NCBI GenBank assembly: GCA_021772435.1
Contig: JAJFLZ010000025.1
Coordinates: 55,502-119,501 of the forward strand
Origin: Chlamydiota bacterium
GTDB taxonomy: Bacteria > Chlamydiota > Chlamydiia > Chlamydiales > JACKPQ01
Length of the DNA stretch: 64,000 nucleotides
Direction: 5' to 3'
This document shows, one piece after another, positions 35,770-45,467 of this stretch (its first letter is position 1; each line of letters opens with the position of its first letter). Below the pieces are notes generated by a model. The model saw only the letters and a program-made list of their open reading frames with translations, was not told the DNA's origin and did not search any database. The position numbers and the translations under genes were made by a program.

Positions 35770-36267
35770 TTAATCAATGTCGATGCGGTCTAAAGCATTA
35801 CCAACACCTTTCCACTGCTGTCCTCTACCTTCAGCTTTATCAAAAGAAGATATTTTTGCACCTTTAAATTCTATGACATTTGGAGTGCGGGGAAAGTGGA
35901 TAAATAAAGATCGTGATGCATTAGCATTACCAGCGTAGAGACAGCCTTCTTTAGGGGTAATACTACCTTGTTCGATGTTGGCAATTTTTTCTAATAAGGA
36001 CATATATTCAATTGGAAAAGAAAAGTGCATAAGTTGAAATTTTTCGAATTTGTATTTTGTTGCGACAAACTTTTCATTGAGGGCTGGTTGATTGGGGTTG
36101 AAGTACATAAATTCTATTGCAATAGCTACAATAAAATCTTTGGAAAGTGGGTCAAAACAAAAAAGATGGCATTGGTGTTGATCAAGACGAGAAGCATCTA
36201 AACTATAGATTACTCTGTCTAATTGAGGATTCCTTACGAAAGGAAGTCTGTTTTCTACTTTAGGCAT
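35770..36267 (-). CDS. Hypothetical protein
   Basis: 165-aa ORF with no recognisable motif. Visibly AT-richer on reading than the ribosomal genes next to it. Confidence 0.5.
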   Translation of the reverse strand: MPKVENRLPFVRNPQLDRVIYSLDASRLDQHQCHLFCFDPLSKDFIVAIAIEFMYFNPNQPALNEKFVATKYKFEKFQLMHFSFPIEYMSLLEKIANIEQGSITPKEGCLYAGNANASRSLFIHFPRTPNVIEFKGAKISSFDKAEGRGQQWKGVGNALDRIDID

Positions 36268-36380
36268 AGTTGTTCTAATGGGTCTAATTGATTAGAGTAA
36301 AGTGTAGTCAGGGTTGTAATATTATTCAATGGTATCTTTTTATAATTTAATAAATATCGGATTGTGATTGGGTTTTGAAT

Positions 36381-36423
36381 AAAAAAGCCTGCTTGTTTAG
36401 GAGGGGGGAGAAAACAAGCAGGC
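36381..36423 (-). terminator. Rho-independent terminator downstream of rpsJ
   Basis: On the minus strand: GCCTGCTTGTTT-loop-AAACAAGCAGGC (12-bp stem, 36387-36398 and 36412-36423) followed by TTTTTT (36381-36386). Confidence 0.7.
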
Positions 36424-36462
36424 AGGGGAGGAACCTTGCCACGAGGGCAAGAATTCTAAGTG

Positions 36463-36795
36463 TTACGCGGCTTTGATGTTGATATCAACGCCAGCTGCGA
36501 TAGGTAGAACTTTGAGTTTGTCGATTGTGTCAGGTGTCGGATTGAGGATGTCAAGTAGGCGAATGTGTGTACGCATCTCGAATTGCTCACGTGATTTGCG
36601 GTCGACGTGTGGAGATCTTAGTACGGTGTAAATTTCTCTTTTAGTCGGTAGTGGGATAGGGCCAACAACTCTAGCGCCAGTGCGCTTAGCAGTCTCGACA
36701 ATATCAGCTGTTGATTTGTCAATCGCTCTAGGGTCATATCCTTTGAGGCGAATGCGAATCTTCTTGCGCGTAGAAGCGCCTTGCGGCTTAGCCAT
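36463..36795 (-). CDS. rpsJ: 30S ribosomal protein S10
   Basis: 110 aa with [16 protein letters not shown]...[32 protein letters not shown]. Confidence 0.97.
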   Translation of the reverse strand: MAKPQGASTRKKIRIRLKGYDPRAIDKSTADIVETAKRTGARVVGPIPLPTKREIYTVLRSPHVDRKSREQFEMRTHIRLLDILNPTPDTIDKLKVLPIAAGVDINIKAA

Positions 36796-36800
36796 TTTTG

Positions 36801-38897
36801 TTATTTCCTTTGCTGTACGATTTCATCTTGTAATTTTTTAGGCACGGCCTCGAAGTGCGATGGTGTCATGGTGTAGGTGGCTCTTCCTGAGCTGATCGTG
36901 CGAAGCTGCGTTGAGTAGCCAAACATTTCAGCTAGTGGCACTTCAGCTTTGATTTTAGCACCTGAGCGCGTGTTTTCTTGGTTCATGATTTTGCCGCGGC
37001 GACGGTTAAGATCGCCAATGACATCACCCATGTGATCTTCAGGTGTTTCCACATCGACACTCATGATAGGTTCTAAAAGCTGTGGCTGGCATTTATTTGC
37101 GCATTCGCGCATTGCCATCGATCCGCAGATTTTAAACGCCATCTCGTTAGAGTCAACATCGTGGTACGATCCGTAGACGATTTTTACATCGACATCGACC
37201 ATTTGGTAGCCAGCTAAGACGCCTGTAGATAAACCTTCTTCGATACCTTTGATAACAGCTGGGATGTATTCTTTTGGAATGACACCACCCACAATTTTAC
37301 TTGTGACGGTATTGCCCTTGCCTTTTTCGTTCGGTTCAATTTCTAGGTTAACGTGAGCGTATTGACCGCGACCACCAGATTGTTTGATGTATTTGGTCTC
37401 GCATTTGCCGGCAACAGTAATCGTTTCTTTGTAGGAGACTTGCGGTTTACCAACGTTGGCCTCAACTTTGAATTCGCGCATCATGCGGTCTTTCAGAATC
37501 TCTAGGTGAAGCTCACCCATACCAGCGATGATCGTCTGGCCGGTTTCTTCATCAGATGAAACGCGGAAGGTGGGGTCTTCTTCAGATAGAGCAGACAAAG
37601 CAAGTGATAGCTTTTCTCGGTCGCCTTTGGATTTTGGCTCAATCGCCATCGAGATCACAGGCTCTGGAAATTCCATTTTCTCTAGAATAATAGGGTCTTT
37701 GTCTAGGCAAAGCGTATCGCCTGTTCCCGTGTATTTTAGGCCAATACATGCTGCGATGTCACCTGTAAAGAAGGCGTCTTTGTCTTCTCGTTGGTTGGCA
37801 TGCATTTCAATCAGACGTGAAACACGCTCTTTTTTCTCTTTAGTTGAGTTATAAATTGTCGAACCTTTTTCAAGTGTTCCTGCGTAGATACGGACAAATG
37901 TTAAACGGCCAACGTATGGATCAGTAATGATTTTAAATGCTAATGCGGCAAGTGGTGCATCATCTTTTGGCTCAACAATAATAGGTTCTTCTGAGTCTTC
38001 TTTCATGCCTTTGACAGCGCCGCGATCTAGCGGTGATGGCATCCAGCGGATGACGTTGTCAAGAAGGGGTTGTACACCTTTGTTTTTGAAAGCAGTTCCA
38101 CAAAGGACTGGATTGATAATGTTGCCGATGACACCTTTTCTGATGACAGCGTGAATTTCGTCTTCAGTTAACGTTTCTGGAGCTTCCAAGACTTTCATCA
38201 TGAAGTCTTCATCTGTCTCGTCCACTGTAGCTAGCTCTTCTAGGAGGGCTGCGCGCATTTCTTGGCATTTGTCTTGAAGATCGGCAGGGATGTCTGTGAC
38301 TTCGTATTCTGCGCCTAGAGTTTCGTCGTTGAAGACGTAAGCTTTCATGCTCACTAGATCAACCATGCCCTTGAAATCGCCTTCAGCGCCAATTGGACAC
38401 TGTGCAGCGATAGCATTTGCGCCAAGTTTTTCTTTCATTGTCTCGATGCAGTTAAAAAAGTCAGCACCAACGCGGTCCATTTTGTTGACAAAGGCAATAC
38501 GAGGAACTCCGTAGCGCTCTGCTTGGCGCCAAACGGTTTCAGATTGAGGCTGAACACCAGCTACCGCACAGAAGACTGCAACGGAGCTGTCTAAAACGCG
38601 CAGTGATCGTTCAACTTCGATGGTGAAGTCAACGTGTCCTGGAGTATCAATAATGTTGATTTTGCATCCCCCCCAGTAGACAACGGTAGCAGCCGATGTA
38701 ATGGTGATGCCACGCTCTTGCTCTTGCTCCATGTAGTCCATGGTTGCGGCGCCCTCGTGAACTTCACCGATTCGGTGAGATTTTCCAGAGTAGTAAAGAA
38801 TGCGTTCTGTACAGGTCGTTTTCCCGGCATCGATGTGAGCCATGATACCGATGTTGCGTACGTTTTCGAGTTTGTCTTTAAGAGGTCTTTCAGCCAT
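36801..38897 (-). CDS. fusA: Elongation factor G
   Basis: 698 aa with [26 protein letters not shown] and full-length EF-G similarity. Confidence 0.98.
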   Translation of the reverse strand: MAERPLKDKLENVRNIGIMAHIDAGKTTCTERILYYSGKSHRIGEVHEGAATMDYMEQEQERGITITSAATVVYWGGCKINIIDTPGHVDFTIEVERSLRVLDSSVAVFCAVAGVQPQSETVWRQAERYGVPRIAFVNKMDRVGADFFNCIETMKEKLGANAIAAQCPIGAEGDFKGMVDLVSMKAYVFNDETLGAEYEVTDIPADLQDKCQEMRAALLEELATVDETDEDFMMKVLEAPETLTEDEIHAVIRKGVIGNIINPVLCGTAFKNKGVQPLLDNVIRWMPSPLDRGAVKGMKEDSEEPIIVEPKDDAPLAALAFKIITDPYVGRLTFVRIYAGTLEKGSTIYNSTKEKKERVSRLIEMHANQREDKDAFFTGDIAACIGLKYTGTGDTLCLDKDPIILEKMEFPEPVISMAIEPKSKGDREKLSLALSALSEEDPTFRVSSDEETGQTIIAGMGELHLEILKDRMMREFKVEANVGKPQVSYKETITVAGKCETKYIKQSGGRGQYAHVNLEIEPNEKGKGNTVTSKIVGGVIPKEYIPAVIKGIEEGLSTGVLAGYQMVDVDVKIVYGSYHDVDSNEMAFKICGSMAMRECANKCQPQLLEPIMSVDVETPEDHMGDVIGDLNRRRGKIMNQENTRSGAKIKAEVPLAEMFGYSTQLRTISSGRATYTMTPSHFEAVPKKLQDEIVQQRK

Positions 38898-38912
38898 TTT
38901 TTGTCTTGTTCC

Positions 38913-39383
38913 TTATTTCAAGCTAGCAAAGGCCTTGTTAGCTTCGGCCATGCGGTGTGTATCGTCTTTTTTCTTAATTGTCGAACCTTGGTTCTGGAAG
39001 CAGTCTGCTAGCTCCATCGATAGGCCATCTTGCATTGAACGGCCAGATTTTGATCTAGCGCTCGTGATAATCCATTTCATGCCCATCGACATGCGGCGCT
39101 CAGGTGAGATTTCAACAGGAACTTGGTAAGTCGCTCCGCCGATACGCTTAGATTTAACTTCTAGGGATGGCATAGCGTTTTCAAGCGCTTGTTCAAATGC
39201 CACAAGGGCATCTTCTTGGTTTACTTTTTTTACAAACTTATCCAAAGCACCATACACAATTGTTTGAGCAGTCGATTTTTTACCACCCTGCATCACACGG
39301 TTGATGAGCTTGGTGACAAGCTCGCTGTTAAAACGGGGGTCTTTTTGAATAGGGCGCTTTTCAGCGCGACGACGACGTGACAT
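38913..39383 (-). CDS. rpsG: 30S ribosomal protein S7
   Basis: 156 aa, with the MSRRRRAEKR... sequence typical of S7. Confidence 0.97.
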   Translation of the reverse strand: MSRRRRAEKRPIQKDPRFNSELVTKLINRVMQGGKKSTAQTIVYGALDKFVKKVNQEDALVAFEQALENAMPSLEVKSKRIGGATYQVPVEISPERRMSMGMKWIITSARSKSGRSMQDGLSMELADCFQNQGSTIKKKDDTHRMAEANKAFASLK

Positions 39384-39393
39384 AGTTCCTCAC

Positions 39394-39765
39394 TTACTTA
39401 GGTTTTTTGGCGCCATATTTGGATCGCGATTGAGTTCTATCTTTTACAGCGGATGTATCAAGTGCTCCGCGTACGATGTGATAACGCACACCGGGAAGGT
39501 CTTTTACACGACCACCGCGCACTAGCACAATACTGTGTTCTTGAAGGTTATGGCCTTCACCACCGATGTAGGCGATGACTTCTTGACCGTTAGATAGGCG
39601 AACCCAAGCCACTTTTCGAAGGGCAGAGTTTGGCTTTTTAGGTGTTTTTGTTTTGACTTGCAAGCAAACGCCACGTCTTTGAGGGCATTTGACAAGTGCT
39701 GGCGATTTGCTGCGGCGCTTTTTAGGAGCACGTGGCTTTCGCAGTAGCTGATTTTTCGTTGGCAT
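39394..39765 (-). CDS. rpsL: 30S ribosomal protein S12
   Basis: 123 aa with [12 protein letters not shown]...[10 protein letters not shown]. Confidence 0.97.
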   Translation of the reverse strand: MPTKNQLLRKPRAPKKRRSKSPALVKCPQRRGVCLQVKTKTPKKPNSALRKVAWVRLSNGQEVIAYIGGEGHNLQEHSIVLVRGGRVKDLPGVRYHIVRGALDTSAVKDRTQSRSKYGAKKPK

Positions 39766-39804
39766 AGGTTCCTTCTACTTTTTCCGATGACAGTTTAAGA
39801 GAAC

Positions 39805-39834
39805 AGTGTAGCGAATGAAGCTATTTCTTGCCAA
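39805..39834 (-). promoter_or_regulatory. Candidate sigma-70/66-type promoter of the str operon
   Basis: On the minus strand: TTGGCA (39829-39834), an 18-nt spacer, then TACACT (39805-39810). It lies in the 73-bp gap upstream of rpsL. Confidence 0.35.
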
Positions 39835-39838
39835 GGGT

Positions 39839-40540
39839 TTATCGAGATAAAAAATTATTTGCTTCGCGAATGGCTTTCCGATCGTACATAATGAGGCTGT
39901 GGCCTCTGGGGACAACCACGAATGTATGGGGTCCTTTGAGCTTGGCTTCATCAACAGAAACTTTGCTATCAAATTCTCCTGCGATCACCATGATGTCCAT
40001 CGTTGGGGGGAATTCCCCTAGAGTGTCGAACCCATCTTGTTCAGTTTCAAGTAATTGCTTTCCTGCCTGCGGCCCAACTATCCAGCGGACAGCTTCAAAA
40101 TCTTTTAAGCTGCGCCCGAAAGCTGATCCGCGATTAGGTGGTGCTAGCAAAACAGCTTTGCCCATTTTGGCCTCATCTGGGCAGTCGGGATGATTAATGG
40201 TAGCTCGCAGCACTAAGGCGCCCATTGAATGCGTGATAAAATGGATGGGTCTGCCAGGATATCTTGCGACTAAAGAATTTAGTTGCAAGATCAAATCGTT
40301 TGCATGTGCTTCAATTGGCTTAGATCTGCTAGGGTAATCGTGGTTGTAAACCCTAAAACCTTCATTTTCCATAAAATGCGACATGCGCGACATACACCAT
40401 TTGGATCGCAAAAATCCATGTAGGCACACAATTGTCTCATCTTTAGGCTGTTTTGGAAGGATCTGATAGGTTGCTTCCAGATTGGCTGTAAATATTATTG
40501 CTAATATTACGATTTTGATTGAATTATTTAATATTCTCAT
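39839..40540 (-). CDS. Alpha/beta-fold hydrolase (esterase/lipase-like), membrane/secretion signal at the N-terminus
   Basis: 233 aa with VCLHGFLRS and the nucleophile elbow THSMGA. Confidence 0.8.
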   Translation of the reverse strand: MRILNNSIKIVILAIIFTANLEATYQILPKQPKDETIVCLHGFLRSKWCMSRMSHFMENEGFRVYNHDYPSRSKPIEAHANDLILQLNSLVARYPGRPIHFITHSMGALVLRATINHPDCPDEAKMGKAVLLAPPNRGSAFGRSLKDFEAVRWIVGPQAGKQLLETEQDGFDTLGEFPPTMDIMVIAGEFDSKVSVDEAKLKGPHTFVVVPRGHSLIMYDRKAIREANNFLSR

Positions 40541-40575
40541 ACATTTATATATATTATAAAACTAAATTAAAAACT

Positions 40576-42516
40576 ATGTTGTATCGTACTTTTATCATTG
40601 CACTGATTCTATGCTTTGGCGGACTTTTTGCCAAGCAGCTATCTTATGATGACATTAAAAAAACTATGCGTGAGATGTTTTATTATCACGTTGAATATAA
40701 GGAACTCACGCCACAACTGGTCAAACGATCTTTTAAAGTCTATATGGAGCAGTTTGATCCAGATAAGTTCTATCTTCTTAAAAGCGATGCACTTCCATAT
40801 CTTGAATTAAGCAAATCTCATGTGAGCCAGGTCATTGACCGCTATCATCGTAATGACTTTTCAGATTATCTAACTGTCAACAGCACGATTTCAACTAGCA
40901 TTAAGCGATCAAGACGTTTGCGCCAGGAGGTGGAGCAGGATTTGCTGAATGGTAAGAAATTAAAGATGAGCGCTACAAATATCCACATGGATTACGCTAG
41001 GTCTGAACAGGAGCTCAAAGAAAGGTTAGCAGGAAGGTTATACAAGCTTTTAAGACTGGATGATCGGGAGCTCGACCCCCAAACCCTCAAAAAAGCGATT
41101 GCCCTTTGGGAGAAAAAGCTGCAAAGGCGTGAGCGTCGATATGCTCTCTTTACTAAAGAGGGTGTGTCCCTTCCTGAACACGAAGTAGAGCACCATGTGA
41201 CTCTTCATACATTAAAGGCTTATGCTCGCAGCTTAGATGCTCATACAGGTTATTACAGCCCAGATGAGGCCTACGAGATCCGCGCTAGTTTAAAAAAACA
41301 GCTTGAAGGGATCGGTGTGATTCTACGAGAAGGTATCGACGGAATTTATATCGCGGATCTAATCGAAAGTGGCCCCGCCATTCAAAGCGGTGGTGTAGCA
41401 GTTGGTGATGTTATCGTTGAGGTCAACGGCAAAGTTGTCACAGAGATGAGTTTTGAAGAGGTCTTAGATGAGCTCAAAGGCTCAGCTGGTAGTAAGGTAG
41501 AGCTTGTTTTGCAGCGTCAGGATGCTCAGTATACGGTGAAGCTCAAGCGAGAAAAGATCGCTATGACTGATGAGCTTGTGACGTATGAGGCTGAACCCTA
41601 TTCAAATGGCATCATCGGTAAAATTAATCTTCCAGCCTTTTACGATAATGGTGGTGAGATCAATGCTGAACGTCATTTGCGAGAGGCCCTGCGCGATCTG
41701 AAAAATCAAGGGGAACTACTCGGTGTTGTTATTGATATGCGCGATAACTCAGGTGGGTTTTTGACTCAGGCTGTCAAAATCGCTGGGATGTTTATTACCC
41801 AAGGTGTGGTTGTGATCTCTAAATACTCCGAGGGTGAGGTGCAGTACATGCGTAACCTCGATGGACGTGTCTATTTTGATGGGCCCATTGTCCTGCTCAC
41901 CTCCAAGGCGTCAGCCTCAGCAGCAGAAATTGTAGCTGGTGCTTTGCAAGATTACGGTGTTGCCCTCGTTGTCGGGGATGAGCGCACCTACGGCAAAGGC
42001 TCGATGCAGTACCAGACCATCACCGACAGCAGGGCGGATTCTTTTTACAAAGTTACTGTTGGCAGATATTACACGGTCTCTGGTAAGTCGACCCAGATTA
42101 ATGGCGTGCCTGCAGATATTCACGTTCCATCGCGCTATTCACCCTACAACATTGGCGAGCGCTACCTCGAATATCCCTTAAGCGGTGATCGTTTGCCTCC
42201 TGCCTACGTTGACCCTCTCACCGGTATCGATTCCAAAACGCAAGAGCTCCTTCAGAAGAAATACGTCCCCTACGTCCAAAAGCGGGATCCCAAGTGGCAA
42301 AAAATGGTCTCCCAGCTCAAGCGTAACAGCAAAAAGCGGATCGCAAGCGATCCCAATTTCCAATGTTTCCTCAAAGTCATTAATGGCAAAGAAACCGCTT
42401 GCACTCTCAAAAACAACTTTGGCACAACCGATTTGCAAATGCAGGAAGCTGTCAACATCATGCGCGATATGGTGGAAATTTCCTCAACAAGATCTATTGC
42501 ACAAAAATCCCTCTAA
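40576..42516 (+). CDS. tsp: Tail-specific (C-terminal processing) protease, peptidase S41 with PDZ domain
   Basis: MLYRTFIIALILCFGGLFA from the ATG at 40576. DMRDNSGGFL and SASAAEIVAGALQDY...GKGSMQ are present. The track ORF starts at 40519. Confidence 0.9.
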   Translation: MLYRTFIIALILCFGGLFAKQLSYDDIKKTMREMFYYHVEYKELTPQLVKRSFKVYMEQFDPDKFYLLKSDALPYLELSKSHVSQVIDRYHRNDFSDYLTVNSTISTSIKRSRRLRQEVEQDLLNGKKLKMSATNIHMDYARSEQELKERLAGRLYKLLRLDDRELDPQTLKKAIALWEKKLQRRERRYALFTKEGVSLPEHEVEHHVTLHTLKAYARSLDAHTGYYSPDEAYEIRASLKKQLEGIGVILREGIDGIYIADLIESGPAIQSGGVAVGDVIVEVNGKVVTEMSFEEVLDELKGSAGSKVELVLQRQDAQYTVKLKREKIAMTDELVTYEAEPYSNGIIGKINLPAFYDNGGEINAERHLREALRDLKNQGELLGVVIDMRDNSGGFLTQAVKIAGMFITQGVVVISKYSEGEVQYMRNLDGRVYFDGPIVLLTSKASASAAEIVAGALQDYGVALVVGDERTYGKGSMQYQTITDSRADSFYKVTVGRYYTVSGKSTQINGVPADIHVPSRYSPYNIGERYLEYPLSGDRLPPAYVDPLTGIDSKTQELLQKKYVPYVQKRDPKWQKMVSQLKRNSKKRIASDPNFQCFLKVINGKETACTLKNNFGTTDLQMQEAVNIMRDMVEISSTRSIAQKSL

Positions 42517-42549
42517 CACGTATCCTGTAGTCTAATCACCAAACGGTGA

Positions 42550-42622
<73 letters not shown>

Positions 42623-42642
42623 AAAAAAGCAAAGCTATCGGT

Positions 42643-42766
42643 GCATTTTGAATCCTTGCTCAGGGTCTTACCTAGAAGGTATATCCCCTTCGCGACGGAC
42701 GAGCCGTTGGCTCGCCTTCGGTGCCTCTGGCACTCTTCAGGTTCAAACTGCCCGCGCTATCTAAAG
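42643..42766. repeat. Structured intergenic repeat, family 2, copy 2
   Basis: It shares the conserved blocks GCATTTTGAATCCTTGCTCAGGG, CCCCTTCGCGACGGACG and CTCTTCAGGTTCAAACTGC with 17951-18050. It has extra hairpins GAGCC-gtt-GGCTC and GTGCC-tct-GGCAC. It begins 21 nt after tRNA-Phe. Confidence 0.55.
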
Positions 42767-42893
42767 CTTTTTTCGCTGCAAGCTGCTTGTTTGCATTCAA
42801 ACTTATTTATCACGATTTTTTAAAACAACTGGATTTGTGGTTTTTTGTGTGGTGGCGTATGGTGACTGCAAACTTATTTTCGAGAGGTGTGAT

Positions 42894-43640
42894 ATGCGTA
42901 CGCTATTGTTGATTTTGGCATGTATGACAAGCTGCTTTGTTTTTGGATGGGGTGAGAATAAATACCATTTAGCTGCAGAACAAGGTGAAGTGGAGGTCTT
43001 TAAAGATTTATATCGTTTGTTAGAAAGGTTTTGTACTGTTTTAGAAATAAGAGAGTGGGAGGAAGGCTCATCTTTAGACCAGCTGTTAAGAGATCGGGAT
43101 GATGAGGCCTTTGTGGAATGGCACAAACGGCTAAATGATAAAGATTCCGACAGAAAGACACCTTTACATCGAGCAGCAGAAAATGGAGAAGCTAAGACAA
43201 TAAAAGCCATTTGCAAGCTATCGCGTCAGTCTTTAAATGCTAAAGATGATGAAGACAAGACGCCCTTGCATTATGCTGCATTAAGTGGAAATGAGGAGGT
43301 TGTTAATGCTATCTATAAGTACTCGACTGAATCCAAAAATGCACAAGACGAGAATGATAAAACCCCACTTCATTATGCAGCTGAAAAAGGTCACGCACGG
43401 GTAATAAAAGCATTATGTAAAGCCTCCTGGATTGAGTTAAACGAAAAGGATAGATCTGGGAAAACACCTCTGCATTATGCGGCAGCCAACGGAAAAGAAG
43501 ACGCCGTACGGGCCTTATGCGATCAATCAGATATAGATCTTAATGTGCGGGACAATAATGGCAACACGCCATTGATTTGTGCAGCTCTTGCAGAATATCT
43601 AGACATCGTTGAACTTCTTCGAGACGAAGGTGCAAATTAA
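42894..43640 (+). CDS. Ankyrin-repeat protein with a Sec-type signal peptide
   Basis: MRTLLLILACMTSCFVFG from the ATG at 42894. There are at least five canonical repeats (KTPLHRAAENGEAKTIKAI, KTPLHYAALSGNEEVV, KTPLHYAAEKGHARVIKAL, KTPLHYAAANGKEDAVRAL, NTPLICAA). Confidence 0.85.
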   Translation: MRTLLLILACMTSCFVFGWGENKYHLAAEQGEVEVFKDLYRLLERFCTVLEIREWEEGSSLDQLLRDRDDEAFVEWHKRLNDKDSDRKTPLHRAAENGEAKTIKAICKLSRQSLNAKDDEDKTPLHYAALSGNEEVVNAIYKYSTESKNAQDENDKTPLHYAAEKGHARVIKALCKASWIELNEKDRSGKTPLHYAAANGKEDAVRALCDQSDIDLNVRDNNGNTPLICAALAEYLDIVELLRDEGAN

Positions 43641-43723
43641 GCATTAGAATTTTGATCACAGATGTTTGTGGTTTTTTGCGCATTTAGCGTATGGTGGTAG
43701 AAACTTTTTTTGTGAGGTCTGGT

Positions 43724-45448
43724 ATGCGTTCGCTTTTGTTGATTTTGGGATTGGTTGTAAGCTGTTTTGCTGGATCGTTTAGCTTTGAAGGCGAGCAGTT
43801 TTTGCTGAATGATGAGCCGTTTGTCGTGATGTCAGGTGAGATGCATTATCCGCGGGTTCCGAAAGAATATTGGCGCGATCGCTGCAAGAAAGCGAGAGCG
43901 ATGGGCTTGAATACGATTTGTACGTATGTGTTTTGGAATGCTCACGAAAAGGTGCCGGGTGAGTTTGATTTTTCAGGTCAGTTGGATGTGGCGCGTTTTG
44001 TGCAAATTGCACAAGAAGAAGGCTTGTGGGTGATTGTGCGTCCTGGGCCGTATGTGTGCGCTGAGTGGGAGTTTGGTGGATTGCCGGCTTGGCTGCTTAA
44101 GGATAGAGAAATGACGGTTAGAAGCATTGATCCACTGTTTTTGGCAGCTGTGAAGCGGTATTTTATGCGCCTGGCAGACGAATTGGCGCCATTGCATATT
44201 TCACGAGGTGGCCCGATCTTGATGACGCAGATAGAAAATGAGTACGGATCGTTTGACAACGACCATGAGTATATGCAGCAGATTGAGCAGATTATGCTGG
44301 AGTCGGGCTTTGATGGAATGTTTTTTACAGCAGATGGCCCAACAGAAAAAATGCTAGATGGCGGAACGCTTCCGCATGTTGTCTCAGCGGTTAATTTTTA
44401 TAATGATCCAGAGATGAGTTTTTCCCAGTTTGCAGAGTTTAGACAGAATGTACCGCGTATGTGCGGTGAGTACTGGACTGGGTGGTTTGATCACTGGGGT
44501 TTTGGGCACCATACGCGGGATGCCGAGACGGTAGCAAGCGAGATTGACTGGATGCTCGCAAAGGGGATTTCGGTGAATCTGTATGTGTTTCACGGAGGCA
44601 CGACATTTGGGTTTATGAACGGCGCAAATGTTGTGGATGGCCAGTATCGCCCAGATGTGTCCAGTTATGATTACGATGCGCCGCTTGATGAGGCAGGCCG
44701 GCCTACGGAAAAGTTTTTTGCTTTAAGAGAGGTGTTTAAAAAGTACAACCGAGATGTGCCGAGCTTGCCAAAACAGCTTTCGATGATTCAACTTCCAGAA
44801 CTTGTGTTTAATGACTCGGCGTCGCTATTTGGTTTGCTGGATGATGTGGTAGAAGGTACAGATCCGCTCACGATGGAGGAGTTAGGTCAAAATACCGGCT
44901 TAGTGCTGTATCGTTATCCGTTTGGCGGCCTTGGAAAAGGTGTTCTTGATTTACAAGAGGTGCGCGATTTTGCGCATATTTACTATGATGGCAAGCTGCT
45001 GGGTAGTCTTAACCGCACACGAGATGAGCATCAACTTGAGCTGGATTTAGAACATGAAGCCCCACTTAGCATACTTGTTGAAAACATGGGACGTGTCAAC
45101 TTTGGCAAGGAGCTCGTGGATGAGAGGAAAGGCATCATCACCGATGTGCTGTGGAACGATCAGACGTTAACTAATTGGGAAATGTACCGTTTGCCCCTGG
45201 ACAGCTTAGATAAACTTATTTTTACTCGCAAAATCAAGCACGCTCCCTATTTTAGAAGAGCTCAATTTGAGCTGGATCAAATTGGCGACGCCTATCTAGA
45301 TACTAAAAATTTTACTCAAGGTCATGCCTGGGTTAATGGGCATCATCTTGGTAGGTTTTGGAACGTCGGCCCTCAGGAGAAGCTATTTGTGCCTGGGCCG
45401 TGGCTTAAATCAGGTTTAAATGAAGTGATCATTCTTGAGTTAGAGTGA
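43724..45448 (+). CDS. Beta-galactosidase, glycoside hydrolase family 35, secreted
   Basis: MRSLLLILGLVVSCFAG from the ATG at 43724. GEMHYPRVP, GPYVCAEWEFGGLPAWL and GPILMTQIENEYG are present. Confidence 0.9.
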   Translation: MRSLLLILGLVVSCFAGSFSFEGEQFLLNDEPFVVMSGEMHYPRVPKEYWRDRCKKARAMGLNTICTYVFWNAHEKVPGEFDFSGQLDVARFVQIAQEEGLWVIVRPGPYVCAEWEFGGLPAWLLKDREMTVRSIDPLFLAAVKRYFMRLADELAPLHISRGGPILMTQIENEYGSFDNDHEYMQQIEQIMLESGFDGMFFTADGPTEKMLDGGTLPHVVSAVNFYNDPEMSFSQFAEFRQNVPRMCGEYWTGWFDHWGFGHHTRDAETVASEIDWMLAKGISVNLYVFHGGTTFGFMNGANVVDGQYRPDVSSYDYDAPLDEAGRPTEKFFALREVFKKYNRDVPSLPKQLSMIQLPELVFNDSASLFGLLDDVVEGTDPLTMEELGQNTGLVLYRYPFGGLGKGVLDLQEVRDFAHIYYDGKLLGSLNRTRDEHQLELDLEHEAPLSILVENMGRVNFGKELVDERKGIITDVLWNDQTLTNWEMYRLPLDSLDKLIFTRKIKHAPYFRRAQFELDQIGDAYLDTKNFTQGHAWVNGHHLGRFWNVGPQEKLFVPGPWLKSGLNEVIILELE

Positions 45449-45467
45449 CAACAAATTAGGAGTAGCT

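Noticed and set aside
42623-42893. Integrated element or prophage at tRNA-Phe
   Set aside because: No integrase, no direct repeat of the tRNA 3' end and no phage genes are visible downstream. Only the family-2 repeat and two accessory genes are present, so I report it merely as an accessory block.
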